Assembly: GCA_963674595.2 (NCBI GenBank)
Contig: CAXXFV010000006.1
Span: 96,001-160,000, forward strand
Origin: a bacterium
Lineage (GTDB): Bacteria > Zhuqueibacterota > Zhuqueibacteria > Residuimicrobiales > Krinioviventaceae
Direction of reading: 5' to 3'
DNA: 64,000 bases
Shown here: piece after piece, positions 30,019 through 40,203 of the stretch
Layout of the letters: each line of letters begins with the position of its first letter
How positions within the stretch are numbered: the first letter of the stretch is position 1
Translations under genes and position numbers: made by a program
Notes under the pieces: model-generated
What the model was told of the DNA's origin: nothing
The model's database searches: none
The model's input: the letters and a program-made list of their open reading frames with translations, nothing else

Positions 30019-31953
30019 CTAGCTGTTCCACAGATCGTTTAGTGACACGTTTAACGGTTCCGGTTTTGAACTGCTGATAAAAATGCGGAACCACAGATCA
30101 AAAGCCAGTATCATATATAATAACCGGCCCCAGTTTTGTTGCCCGGAGCGGTGTTCATTAATAGTTTGTTCGATAAAATTAAGGTTAAAATAATCGGCAT
30201 CGCACAAATCGGGGCTTAATATATTGTTCACAGATCGGTTGCCAATGGCTTTACGTAACCATACGCCTGTTGGGGGTGCAAAACCGCCTTTTTGTTTTTC
30301 CAGATTTTCATGCGGAAGGACTTTTGCGGCAATAAAATCATATTGTGCTTTTTTAAGCCAGCCATTACTTCTCATTAATTGTATTGTATTACCGCCGACT
30401 TTATGAGATTGGGGCAGACGACAGATCACATCGCACACGTCCCGGTCGAAAAAGGGTTCCCGGACCATAATATTATGGGCGTCGGCCATTCTACCGATTT
30501 TTTGAAATACGCCAAAGCTGCCGTCAACATAAAAGTCCTGAATGGCCAACCGGTCATATTCATTGGCATGATCAGCAACCGGCACATCAAGACTGACATC
30601 CAAATTAACCAGTTCCTGCATGCGTGGATTGAAAAGTTTTTTTATCGGTTCCAGTCCCATTGTATGCCATAACGGACGGGCCAGACGATCAAAATAAGCC
30701 TGTTCCAAACTAAACAGGGAACACCGCAAAATTCTCTGAACAGCCGACAACATTTGGTTGTTTGACAATCCGTTCTGGCATGTTTTCCTGAGAACGGATG
30801 ATAAACCGGTGGGTTTGATTAATGCCTGTACATATTTCCTGCGGACAGCCAGCGGGTAATGACGGCCAAATAAATGGTCCGGACCGTCACCGGAAATAAC
30901 GCCTTGTACAAGTCCTTTGGCATATTCAAGAACATGATATACCGGAACTGCCGAGGAATCGGCTAACGGCTCCTCAGTCCACCAGGCAATTTGCGGCAGG
31001 ATTTGAATTGCCTGTTCCATATTAGGTATCATTTCGTGGTGTTTTGTTTTAAAATGATCTGCAATAATTTGTGCAAATCCCGATTCGTCGAGACGTCCGT
31101 GAGGTATTTTTGCTGAAATCGTTGTAACCGGTTGTGAAGAAACTGAACTTGCTATGGCCACGTTGGTGCTGGAATCCAGTCCGCCGCTTAAAAGTAAACC
31201 GATATTTTTATCTGTCTGTAGTCTTTTTTCTATGGAGTGCTGAAAATAGTGATACATCTCATCAGCCGGCGTGTTATTGCCATCGGTAAAACTTTCAAAC
31301 CAATCCACCCTACTTACCGTCACCTTGTTATTTTCATAAACGACCACACACCCGGGGGCCAGTTTGTTTACACCCTGAAAAAGACTTGAGGGAGGTAAAA
31401 TATGTCCGGTTGTGAAAAATTGCGCCAGTACGGTTTCATTGACGTTGCGTTTAAAATTGGGTATGTGCAATAGCGGTTTAAGGGTTGTTGAAAAGGCAAA
31501 AAAGGAAGAATTTGCTATATAAAATAATCTGTAAATTCCGCCATACCGGTCCAGACCTGCGGTGAGCCTTTGATGCTGTTCGTCCCAAACGGCAAAGGCA
31601 TGCAATCCGTCCAGCCGGCGCAGCAATTCTGCACCTTCCTCTTCATACAGGTGCGCAACCAGTTCGGCATCGCAGGATGTTTTAATCTCATGTCCTTTTA
31701 AAAGCAGCCAATCGCGTATTTCACGAGTGTTGTGTATTTCACCAGCTACAACAGCCCGGATTTTTCCGGATTCATTAGATGCGATAACGGCTTTTTGTGT
31801 TTCTTTGAGTATGGGGTGTCGGTTAACACCCAGTGCTGCTATTGATTTATAATAATTATCATGATTTTGTTGTGCTAATCCCTGCTCCATATATTCGAGT
31901 ATGTTTTTAACCTGTCCCTTTACCGGATCGATGCATCCATAGATAGCGTGCAT
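30019..31953 (-). CDS. Asparagine synthetase B-like protein lacking the catalytic Cys2
   Basis: 'GEIHN', 'DAELVAHLYEE', 'LDGLHAFAVWD', 'LLSGGLDSS', 'EPLADSS', 'REPFFD' and 'KGGF'. N-terminus is MHAIYG instead of MCGI. Confidence 0.85.
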   Translation of the reverse strand: MHAIYGCIDPVKGQVKNILEYMEQGLAQQNHDNYYKSIAALGVNRHPILKETQKAVIASNESGKIRAVVAGEIHNTREIRDWLLLKGHEIKTSCDAELVAHLYEEEGAELLRRLDGLHAFAVWDEQHQRLTAGLDRYGGIYRLFYIANSSFFAFSTTLKPLLHIPNFKRNVNETVLAQFFTTGHILPPSSLFQGVNKLAPGCVVVYENNKVTVSRVDWFESFTDGNNTPADEMYHYFQHSIEKRLQTDKNIGLLLSGGLDSSTNVAIASSVSSQPVTTISAKIPHGRLDESGFAQIIADHFKTKHHEMIPNMEQAIQILPQIAWWTEEPLADSSAVPVYHVLEYAKGLVQGVISGDGPDHLFGRHYPLAVRRKYVQALIKPTGLSSVLRKTCQNGLSNNQMLSAVQRILRCSLFSLEQAYFDRLARPLWHTMGLEPIKKLFNPRMQELVNLDVSLDVPVADHANEYDRLAIQDFYVDGSFGVFQKIGRMADAHNIMVREPFFDRDVCDVICRLPQSHKVGGNTIQLMRSNGWLKKAQYDFIAAKVLPHENLEKQKGGFAPPTGVWLRKAIGNRSVNNILSPDLCDADYFNLNFIEQTINEHRSGQQNWGRLLYMILAFDLWFRIFISSSKPEPLNVSLNDLWNS

Positions 31954-32285
31954 GAATAATATGCTCCTTTCAGATATAAAGAGTGGTTTTAATTTTAGTA
32001 AAATGCAATTCCTGAATTTTATTAATATAGCATTTTATGTTCAGAATTCTGAACAGTAAACTTGAAAAAATTAAACCTCTGTCGGATTTTGTCCTGTCTA
32101 TTGGAATAATGTAAGTGGATTATCACCCTGTTGTTTAAAATGTAATGAAATGTAAAAATATATTTTGTCTGGTATATAACCGAATAAAATACTATTTTTA
32201 TACAAAATTTATATTTATGTTAGTTTTCTTAAATTCATAATATCAACATAAAATTTTACAATAGAAACTCTAGGAATAACAAAAA

Positions 32286-33446
32286 ATGAAAAAAAGGCAG
32301 TTGTTCATTATTGGTTTAATGGCAGTCATTATCTTATTCAGTTACCTGACAATGAAGTTCCTCATAGCACAAAAACCGGCTATACCCAAACGACCTCCCA
32401 AAATAACCGAAAGATGGGTTGAGGCTGTTCCTGTCAAGTATGATGATATAAAGTCTTCTGTGGTTGCTGAAGGACGTGTTATGAGCACTTCAGAGGTTGA
32501 AATTGTTGCCGAGGCGTCCGGGCGGATTGAATCGGGAGATGTACCTTTGAAAAAAGGACAATCCTTTTCAAAAGGGCAGGTCTTGTTAACAATTTATCGT
32601 GATGAAGTTGAACTGGAGCTTAAAGCACAAAAAAGTCAGTTTTTAAACACAATTGTTAATTTACTACCGGATATAAAAATAGATTTTCCTGAAAGATATG
32701 CAGATTTTCAACAGTTTTTAGAAGAAATAAAACTTGACGGCACAGTTCCTCCTCTTCCGCATATTCAATCAGAAAAGCTGAAAATATTTTTAGCCAGCCG
32801 AAATGTTTTAGCAGACTATTTTTCTTTAAAACAATCGGAATTAAAAGTCAGCAGACATACAATTCTGGCTCCCTTTAACGGCACCTTTCTCGATATTTAC
32901 ATTCAAGCAGGCGCTTATACCAGTACAGGTGGTCGTATTGGAAAAATGATCTCAACAGATGATTTGGAAGTGGAAATACCCGTGCCGACAAAAAATGCTG
33001 AATGGATAAACATTGGTGATCCGGTCCAGCTTCAGTCTGTTGATCGTCAAACGCAGTGGACTGCTAAAGTTGTAAGAATTTCCGATTTTATTGATGTTTC
33101 AACTCAATCCCGCAGTATTTTTGTCCGCGTGCCATTTGAAAAAAATCATCCACTTTATAGCGGTGAGTTTTTACGGGCCACTTTTAAAGGTGGAATTGTT
33201 CCACAGGTTATGGAGATTCCACGAAATGCTGTTTTTAATTATGATCAGGTTTTTGTTGTAAATGACAGATTATTAAAAATAAAAACAGCCGAGGTGGTTA
33301 AACTAAATGAAACAACAGCTTTGATTAAGGGACTTGATGAGGGAATCATTATTGTGGTGCAACCTTTAATAAACGTTGCTGAAAACACCCCTGTAAAAAT
33401 ACTTGGCATCGATAAAAATACTGATGAATCCAAAGAGGGGAATTAA
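32286..33446 (+). CDS. RND efflux periplasmic adaptor (membrane fusion protein)
   Basis: N-terminal TM; 'AEASGRI..KGQVLL', 'ILAPFNG' and 'IPRNAV'. Confidence 0.9.
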   Translation: MKKRQLFIIGLMAVIILFSYLTMKFLIAQKPAIPKRPPKITERWVEAVPVKYDDIKSSVVAEGRVMSTSEVEIVAEASGRIESGDVPLKKGQSFSKGQVLLTIYRDEVELELKAQKSQFLNTIVNLLPDIKIDFPERYADFQQFLEEIKLDGTVPPLPHIQSEKLKIFLASRNVLADYFSLKQSELKVSRHTILAPFNGTFLDIYIQAGAYTSTGGRIGKMISTDDLEVEIPVPTKNAEWINIGDPVQLQSVDRQTQWTAKVVRISDFIDVSTQSRSIFVRVPFEKNHPLYSGEFLRATFKGGIVPQVMEIPRNAVFNYDQVFVVNDRLLKIKTAEVVKLNETTALIKGLDEGIIIVVQPLINVAENTPVKILGIDKNTDESKEGN

Positions 33447-33447
33447 T

Positions 33448-36400
33448 ATGCGGAAAATTGTCAGCACTTTTGTTAAATTCCCGTTTTATGCAAACCTTGT
33501 TATTGCATTTGTCCTTATTGCCGGTTTTATATCCCTGGGCAATATGAAAAAAGCATTTTTCCCCGAAATTAAAACCAGATTTATTAGTGTTTCTGTTTAT
33601 TATCCGGGGGCATCTCCGGTAGAGATGGAAGAAGGTGTAACCAGTCGTATTGAAGAAGCCGTGAGAGGCATTGTGGGGATCAAAGAGATTACCAGTACAT
33701 CCAGAGAAAATTCTTCTTATATATCGATAGAAACCACAGGCCGATATGATATTGACGAAATACTTATGGAGGTTAAAAATGCTGTTGATGGTATAAGCTC
33801 TTTCCCTTCAGCCGCAGAACGACCTATTGTCTATAAACAGCGCAATACTTCACGGGCGCTTTTCTTTACACTTTCCGGAACGGATGATATTTTTACTTTA
33901 AAAGAGTATGCATACCGTATTGAGGATGAATTTTTAAATTCAGGTTATATAACACAAATGACGCTTCGCGGCGCTCCAACTCCTGAAATTAGCGTTGAAG
34001 TACGTGAGGCTGATTTATTGCGATATAATTTGACCATCTCTGAAGTAGCACAGGCCATTTGGAATAACAATCGTGATATATCCGGCGGTCAAATTAAATC
34101 CAGTGATGAAGAAATTATGATACGTTTGCGTTCCCGTAGTGCCGATCCGGATGTTATAGCAAATATACATCTTCGCGGCACTCTTGAGGGAGGGTCTCTT
34201 CGTATCAGAGATATTGCAACCGTTAAGAAAAAAGCCCCGGAGACTTTTTATCCGGCTTTTCGTGCACGTAAACCTTCAGTCACGTTTGCTGTTGATAAGC
34301 TGCCGGAAGAAGACCTTGAGGCTATTGATAAATATGTTTCAGAATACGTTGAAAGATTTAACCAGGAACACTCTGGTGTTGAACTGCGCATCAATTTCAG
34401 CTTTTTATCTATTCTTAACAGTCGTCTTCAGGTTTTGATCAATAACGGACTGATCGGTTTTGTACTGGTTGTTATATCATTAACACTTTTTCTCTCGTTT
34501 GGTGTCAGTATCTGGGTTGCATGGGGTATACCGGCATCGTTTCTTTCCATGTTTATAGTTGCCAATCTATATGGAATAACCATCAATATGGTCTCGTTAT
34601 TTGGAATGATTTTGGTTATTGGGATACTTGTTGATGACGGCATTGTTATTGGTGAAAACATATTTTCTCATTTTGAAGAGGGCAAGGGACATATGCTGGC
34701 GGCCGTGGATGGAACGCTTGAAGTAATGCCGGCAGTTTTTACATCAATTGCTACAACGGTTGTTGCTTTTATGCCTTTGCTTTTTCTACAGGGCACAAAT
34801 ATGGAAAGCCAAAAGGAAACAGCTTTTGTTGTTATTGTTTCCTTGCTGCTTTCACTGGCCGAAGCTTTTTTTGTTCTTCCCGCTCATTTGGGAAATAAAC
34901 ATATTTTAAATCGGGACCGTATGTCTCATCGTAAACACACGGTTAAAAAGGTTATTGAAGATTCCATTGTATGGTTTCGTGAACATGCTTACGGTCCGTA
35001 TATTGAATGGGCCCTCAAGTGGCGTTATGTGATGGTCGTGGTTCCTGTTGCGCTTATCATGATAACCATGGGATTCTTTTTAGGCGGATTTATTAAAAAG
35101 ACCTATTTTCCTGTTGTCGATTTTGATAGTTTTGAAATAAATATTGCTTTTGTTCCTGGTTCAGGCAGTGAACAGACCTACAAATACTTGCACAAATTTG
35201 AATCAGTTGTCTGGCAGGTGAATGATGATCTGAAAAAAAGTATGAACAGAACAGAAGATATTATTCGTGATACCCGGCTTCAGGTTGGTAGTGCATTTAC
35301 CGGTCAGGAAGACGGTGCTCATGCCGGACGTTTGGTTGTTTATCCTGTGGATTTAACCAACATGGAATTAACAGGATTAAAGATAGCTGAAATGGTTCGT
35401 GACAAAATTGGTCCGGTTCCTGAAGCTGAAAAATATACAGTGGGCGGACGAAACCGGTGGGGTTCACCTGTGGCAATCAGCTTAATGAGCCGTAACCTGG
35501 AAGAACTGGAAGCAGCGAAAAACCAGTTGTACCAGGAACTTGGCGACATCCCAGCTTTGAAGGATATTATTGATAACAATGCCCAGGGAAAACAGGAAGT
35601 TTTGTTGAAATTAAAACCAAGGGCTTATTACCTGGGGTTGGATGAGGCTTCTATTGCCAATCAGGTTCGGCAGGGATTTTATGGCGACCAGGTACAACGA
35701 CTTCAGCACGGCAGGGATGAAATCCGTGTTTGGGTTCGTTTACCGCAAAGTGATCGCAGCGCCATTGGTAAGCTTGAACGGCTGAAAATTAAAACAAGCC
35801 AGGGTAATTTTCCTTTGACTGAACTGGTGGACTATGAAATTAAACGCGGGCCCGTAGGTATTCGTCGATTCAACGGGCAGCGAGAGATGCGTATTGAGGC
35901 TGATCTGGTAGATCCTTATGATTCTGTACCGGATATTCTTGCCGCTATTAATTCTAATATAATTCCCAAAATTAAGGCACATTATCCGTCTATACAGGTG
36001 CTTTATCAGGGCCAGCAGCGTGAAAGTATGCAAACCGTTAATAAATTGCAGCTTTACTTTGTATTGGCTTTTGCCGTTATCGTACTTATATTAATGATCC
36101 ATTTTAAAAGTGTGGAACAATCTATTATTATCCTGGCCATGATACCTCTATCTTTGGTAGGTGCGTTTTGGGGCCACTGGATACATGGCAAACCCATTTC
36201 ACTACTTTCAGCGATGGGAATGATAGCCTTGTCCGGAGTTATTATTAATGATGCGGTTATCTTTTTGTCAAAATACAACCAGGTTGTGGCAGAAGGGAAT
36301 AAGGTTAATTGGTCTATTATTAAAGCCGGAAAATCTCGTCTGCGGCCAATTATTTTAACAACGCTGACAACAGCCATCGGGTTGTTTCCGTTAATACTTG

Positions 36401-36615
36401 AATCCAGTCATCAGGCACAGTTTCTTATTCCAATGGCTATCAGTTTGGCCTATGGTGTTGCTTTTGGTACTTTATTTATCCTGTTGTTTTTCCCAGTTTT
36501 AATATTGATTTTGAATGATTTCCGCAGAGTGATGCATAAAATTTGGTCTGGTGAAGATTCAGCGCCGGAGGATGTAGAAATTGCGGTAATTTATAAAAAA
36601 CGGAAAATACAATAA
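33448..36615 (+). CDS. RND efflux permease (AcrB/AcrD/AcrF family)
   Basis: 'YPGASPVEMEEGV..IEEAV', 'GILVDDGIVIGEN', 'GVIINDA' and 'RLRPIILTTLTT..GLFP'. Start set at ATG 33448. Confidence 0.95.
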   Translation: MRKIVSTFVKFPFYANLVIAFVLIAGFISLGNMKKAFFPEIKTRFISVSVYYPGASPVEMEEGVTSRIEEAVRGIVGIKEITSTSRENSSYISIETTGRYDIDEILMEVKNAVDGISSFPSAAERPIVYKQRNTSRALFFTLSGTDDIFTLKEYAYRIEDEFLNSGYITQMTLRGAPTPEISVEVREADLLRYNLTISEVAQAIWNNNRDISGGQIKSSDEEIMIRLRSRSADPDVIANIHLRGTLEGGSLRIRDIATVKKKAPETFYPAFRARKPSVTFAVDKLPEEDLEAIDKYVSEYVERFNQEHSGVELRINFSFLSILNSRLQVLINNGLIGFVLVVISLTLFLSFGVSIWVAWGIPASFLSMFIVANLYGITINMVSLFGMILVIGILVDDGIVIGENIFSHFEEGKGHMLAAVDGTLEVMPAVFTSIATTVVAFMPLLFLQGTNMESQKETAFVVIVSLLLSLAEAFFVLPAHLGNKHILNRDRMSHRKHTVKKVIEDSIVWFREHAYGPYIEWALKWRYVMVVVPVALIMITMGFFLGGFIKKTYFPVVDFDSFEINIAFVPGSGSEQTYKYLHKFESVVWQVNDDLKKSMNRTEDIIRDTRLQVGSAFTGQEDGAHAGRLVVYPVDLTNMELTGLKIAEMVRDKIGPVPEAEKYTVGGRNRWGSPVAISLMSRNLEELEAAKNQLYQELGDIPALKDIIDNNAQGKQEVLLKLKPRAYYLGLDEASIANQVRQGFYGDQVQRLQHGRDEIRVWVRLPQSDRSAIGKLERLKIKTSQGNFPLTELVDYEIKRGPVGIRRFNGQREMRIEADLVDPYDSVPDILAAINSNIIPKIKAHYPSIQVLYQGQQRESMQTVNKLQLYFVLAFAVIVLILMIHFKSVEQSIIILAMIPLSLVGAFWGHWIHGKPISLLSAMGMIALSGVIINDAVIFLSKYNQVVAEGNKVNWSIIKAGKSRLRPIILTTLTTAIGLFPLILESSHQAQFLIPMAISLAYGVAFGTLFILLFFPVLILILNDFRRVMHKIWSGEDSAPEDVEIAVIYKKRKIQ

Positions 36616-36658
36616 ATGTGACTTGACAATAAAGTTAAGATTTTTAGGAGTTTTGTTA

Positions 36659-37954
36659 ATGATAAACAGGCACTTTATATATATATTGCTGATTTTTGTT
36701 TTAGCTTTTTCAGTTTTTGCGCAGGAACCGCTTTCCTTGTCGGAATCCTTACGTCTTGCACTGGAAAAAAACTATGATATCCGTGTCGGTAATATAGACG
36801 AAACAATAGCGAAAACGAATAACAGTTGGGGCAAGGCCGGGTTACTGCCTACAGTAGATTTTACCCTGTCCGGATCGCATCTGTTGGATTTGGACAATAG
36901 CGACTGGCAGCAGCAATCCGCAACCGGAGGTGTAACCTTAAACTGGCTTCTTTTTAATGGATTTTCAGTCCATATTCAAAAACAAAAGCTGGAACAACTG
37001 GAAGACCTTTCAAATGGAAATTCATCTCTTTTAATAGAACAGACTATTCAGGCTGTAATTTTGTCTTATTATAATGTATTATTACAGCAGCAACAAAAAG
37101 ATGCTTTTAATAATATCAGATCGCTTTCATTGGACCGTTATAAACAAGTCCAGGAACGTAAAAATTTAGGGGCCCTGGTAACCTATGATGTTTTGCAGGC
37201 AAAAAATGCCTGGCTTGAGGATGAAGCCAGGTTTTTACAGCAGGAGGCTACCTGCCATAACGCCATGCGGACTTTGGATTATTTAATGGGATTCCCTGAA
37301 GACAATATATTCAATCTTGTGGATTCTTTGAGAATAGACTGGAAACAGTATGATTATTCAACACTGAAGGACCAGATGTTGAGTGATAACAGAATGCTTA
37401 GAAACAAGTATATACAGCAATATATATTAAACTCAAATGTGAAAATTGCCCGAACTGATATGTGGCCAACAATTTCCTTACGAACCGGTTTTGATGGCGA
37501 CAGGATCAGAACAGATTCAAACGGTGCCTGGGCTTACAGTGATTCCAAAGGATTTTTTGGTACTCTTTCGCTTACCTGGAACCTTTTTAGCGGAGGCAAT
37601 AAAAACCGTGCCGTAAAAATTGCCAAGATGGACCGTGAGATAGGACAGATTGAATTGGAAGCATTACAGCACAGTTTGGCCATTCAATTGACAACCCATT
37701 TGGAGCAATATAACGTTAATAAAAAATTGCTGGACGTGGAAACAGAAGCATTACAAACGGCCGAATTAAATTTGCAAATTTCAAAAGAAAAATTTCGATC
37801 AGGCGCGATCAGTTCATTTAATTACAGGGACGTTCAACTTATTTACCTGAATGCTGTTCTTGGCCGTTTACAATCAATCTATAGTTTGATTGAATCTCAT
37901 TTGGAGCTTTTACGCTTAACCGGCGGTATTGTATCAAGTCGTTATTCGAACTGA
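36659..37954 (+). CDS. TolC-family outer membrane efflux protein
   Basis: 'LSLSESLRLALEKN', 'LLPTV' and 'EKFRSGAIS'. Start set at ATG 36659 (AGGAG RBS). Confidence 0.9.
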   Translation: MINRHFIYILLIFVLAFSVFAQEPLSLSESLRLALEKNYDIRVGNIDETIAKTNNSWGKAGLLPTVDFTLSGSHLLDLDNSDWQQQSATGGVTLNWLLFNGFSVHIQKQKLEQLEDLSNGNSSLLIEQTIQAVILSYYNVLLQQQQKDAFNNIRSLSLDRYKQVQERKNLGALVTYDVLQAKNAWLEDEARFLQQEATCHNAMRTLDYLMGFPEDNIFNLVDSLRIDWKQYDYSTLKDQMLSDNRMLRNKYIQQYILNSNVKIARTDMWPTISLRTGFDGDRIRTDSNGAWAYSDSKGFFGTLSLTWNLFSGGNKNRAVKIAKMDREIGQIELEALQHSLAIQLTTHLEQYNVNKKLLDVETEALQTAELNLQISKEKFRSGAISSFNYRDVQLIYLNAVLGRLQSIYSLIESHLELLRLTGGIVSSRYSN

Positions 37955-38032
37955 TAAACCGTTTATTCTTTGGCAATATTTTTAAAATTAAAATCCATTA
38001 AAAACCGTAAAAAACCTTTAAGGAGGTTGATT

Positions 38033-40081
38033 ATGAAAAGATATTTAGCCCTTTTCATCCTGATTTTTTCAAACATGGCCTTTTCCGGTGGTGATCCGGC
38101 ATTTAACAATGTTTGGAAAATAATTCCAACAATGAGTTCTGATGATACCCGCTATAATCGTAATCTTGAAATGGATATTCGTGTAAATGGAGATGAGGTT
38201 ACAATTATTAGCGGTAGCGGCCGAAGATATGCAGATACTTTGACTGTTGTAACAGATGGAAAATTTATTAATAAACCAATTACACAGATGTTTAATGCTA
38301 CAACCATTTACCAGGGATTACATCCGGTCCGTGATGGCGGGTATAAAATATCAGCAGCCTGGCAAAATGAAGGCCGAACACTGTTAATTAAAAAACATTA
38401 TGATGTGGAAGTGGCCCAGGGAAAAACAACGCTTAAAGAATCACATGTTTTTGAGTTGAATAAAAACCATGAATTTTTAAAATATGAGATCAACCGTGAG
38501 TCCCGAACCGATAATCCAATGATCAGTTATACGTTTAAAGTAAAAGACAGCATGAACGCTTTTGTTACTTTTTTAGACAATGACTGGGACGTACAAGGTG
38601 GTTTGGACAGACAAGCCATGATGATTGGATTGGAAGGTCTGGTTAACCGTAATGCCCCTAATTTTTATTGTGTTTATCCGGAAGAGTGGCAATTTACTTA
38701 TACAAAACGGTTATACGAGTGGTATGGCGAAAAGCGCGGATATACTTTTACTACAATCGAAACTCCCAAACAAGCTGTTGAAACTTTTCGTGATTATATT
38801 AAAGGATACGTCGTTTGGGATAAAAACGTTCGCACGTCACTCATCGTTGCTTTTACGATAGCCGGTTTGAATGACGCTGTTGTCGCCAGTGAAGATCAAA
38901 TTCCGATGCTGGATTCGCTTGGCTTTTCAATGGTTAAGGATTTGAGAGGTCTTTTTACGGATAAAAATGATGCGGAAATTTATCAGTGGGCAAAGGATAA
39001 ATATTGGGACCAGTGCAGCCGAAAATACATTATCTGGTTGGGCGGGCATTCCGGCAAAGTATTGCTTCCGGGTGTTGCTGACTGGGGTGTTGCACAACGT
39101 GCTTTTATGCAAGACCTTTCAACAGACCCCAAAGATACGGATGAGTATAATTTAGCAAAACAACTTTTAGGTGATATGGACAGTGACGCACTTGTTATGG
39201 GCTGGCATTCTTATGGAAAAGACAGCGAGGGACAGCATGTTACATTGTGTTCCGGTTTTGGTTTACCTGTTGAAGGCCTTCACAGTCTGCCAAATGTCAG
39301 TTTTGAACATCAGATTGGTTTTTCAGAGGGATTTGAATTTAAAAACAATCATAATATTGAACCTGGTAAAAAGTATATACCTGAAAACAAAGTTTATATA
39401 GCCTGTGTTCAGACAGATGGTATCGGTATCGGCGCGTGGTTGAAACCAGGCCGTGGCGAAATCCCTTATGCCTGGGAAACTTTGATGAATTACAGTTGGT
39501 TAATGCCCAGTTTACTGGAATTTTTCTACAGTACTTCAACACCCAATGATTATTTTATCGGCTGTCTATCCGGCCCTGGTTATATGTACCCCAAATCTGT
39601 TCCGCCGGATAAATTACCCGGTCTTTTGAAAAAGGCAAATGGTTTGATGGAAAAACTGGATTTACGTGTTTTTGATATTATGGACCATTCCAGAGGCGTT
39701 CCAAGATATGAATATGCCAACCTGACAAAGTCAGTTGTAGATGCCTATTATGAAGCCATGCCGAATGCTATCGGGTTCGTAAATGGCTACCGACCCGCCA
39801 ATACTTATGATATTCGAAATGGTGTTCCCATGATTTCATTTGAATATTATTTATCTCCAACTGTGTCGGAGGAAAAAGCAGCCGCTGATTTGATCGAATT
39901 AGGCAGTTTGAATAAAAAACGTCCTTATTTTCTGTTGTTGCATATTCGTGAAACAAGTGCTGTTGCTCGTGTAAAATCCATCTTGAACAGACTTCCCGAA
40001 GATTATGAACTGGTCCCTCTTGATATTTTTCTAAAAATGGCTGGTGAAAAACCCGGATTTGAAAAACGTTATATCGAATAA
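38033..40081 (+). CDS. GxGYxYP-family putative glycoside hydrolase, secreted
   Basis: 'LSGPGYMYP' signature; 'GLEGLVNR..P', 'GYVVWD' and 'VMGWH'. AGGAGG RBS before ATG 38033. Confidence 0.85.
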   Translation: MKRYLALFILIFSNMAFSGGDPAFNNVWKIIPTMSSDDTRYNRNLEMDIRVNGDEVTIISGSGRRYADTLTVVTDGKFINKPITQMFNATTIYQGLHPVRDGGYKISAAWQNEGRTLLIKKHYDVEVAQGKTTLKESHVFELNKNHEFLKYEINRESRTDNPMISYTFKVKDSMNAFVTFLDNDWDVQGGLDRQAMMIGLEGLVNRNAPNFYCVYPEEWQFTYTKRLYEWYGEKRGYTFTTIETPKQAVETFRDYIKGYVVWDKNVRTSLIVAFTIAGLNDAVVASEDQIPMLDSLGFSMVKDLRGLFTDKNDAEIYQWAKDKYWDQCSRKYIIWLGGHSGKVLLPGVADWGVAQRAFMQDLSTDPKDTDEYNLAKQLLGDMDSDALVMGWHSYGKDSEGQHVTLCSGFGLPVEGLHSLPNVSFEHQIGFSEGFEFKNNHNIEPGKKYIPENKVYIACVQTDGIGIGAWLKPGRGEIPYAWETLMNYSWLMPSLLEFFYSTSTPNDYFIGCLSGPGYMYPKSVPPDKLPGLLKKANGLMEKLDLRVFDIMDHSRGVPRYEYANLTKSVVDAYYEAMPNAIGFVNGYRPANTYDIRNGVPMISFEYYLSPTVSEEKAAADLIELGSLNKKRPYFLLLHIRETSAVARVKSILNRLPEDYELVPLDIFLKMAGEKPGFEKRYIE

Positions 40082-40082
40082 T

Positions 40083-40119
40083 AAAAAAAGACCGGAAAAA
40101 TTTTCCGGTCTTTTTTTTT
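40083..40119. terminator. Bidirectional intrinsic terminator between convergent genes
   Basis: AAAAAAAGACCGGAAAA-A-TTTTCCGGTCTTTTTTTTT. Confidence 0.85.
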
Positions 40120-40203
40120 AATTTGGTAGGAAGCATCAAAATATTTAATAAAAGCAGAGTTTTATAAATCATCAATGAGATCGATTTTTCGATCTCATTT
40201 TTT

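Noticed and set aside
29700-32285. Lasso peptide cluster around the Cys-less asparagine synthetase homolog
   Set aside because: No transglutaminase-like B protein, PqqD/RRE gene or plausible precursor ORF seen in the flanks.
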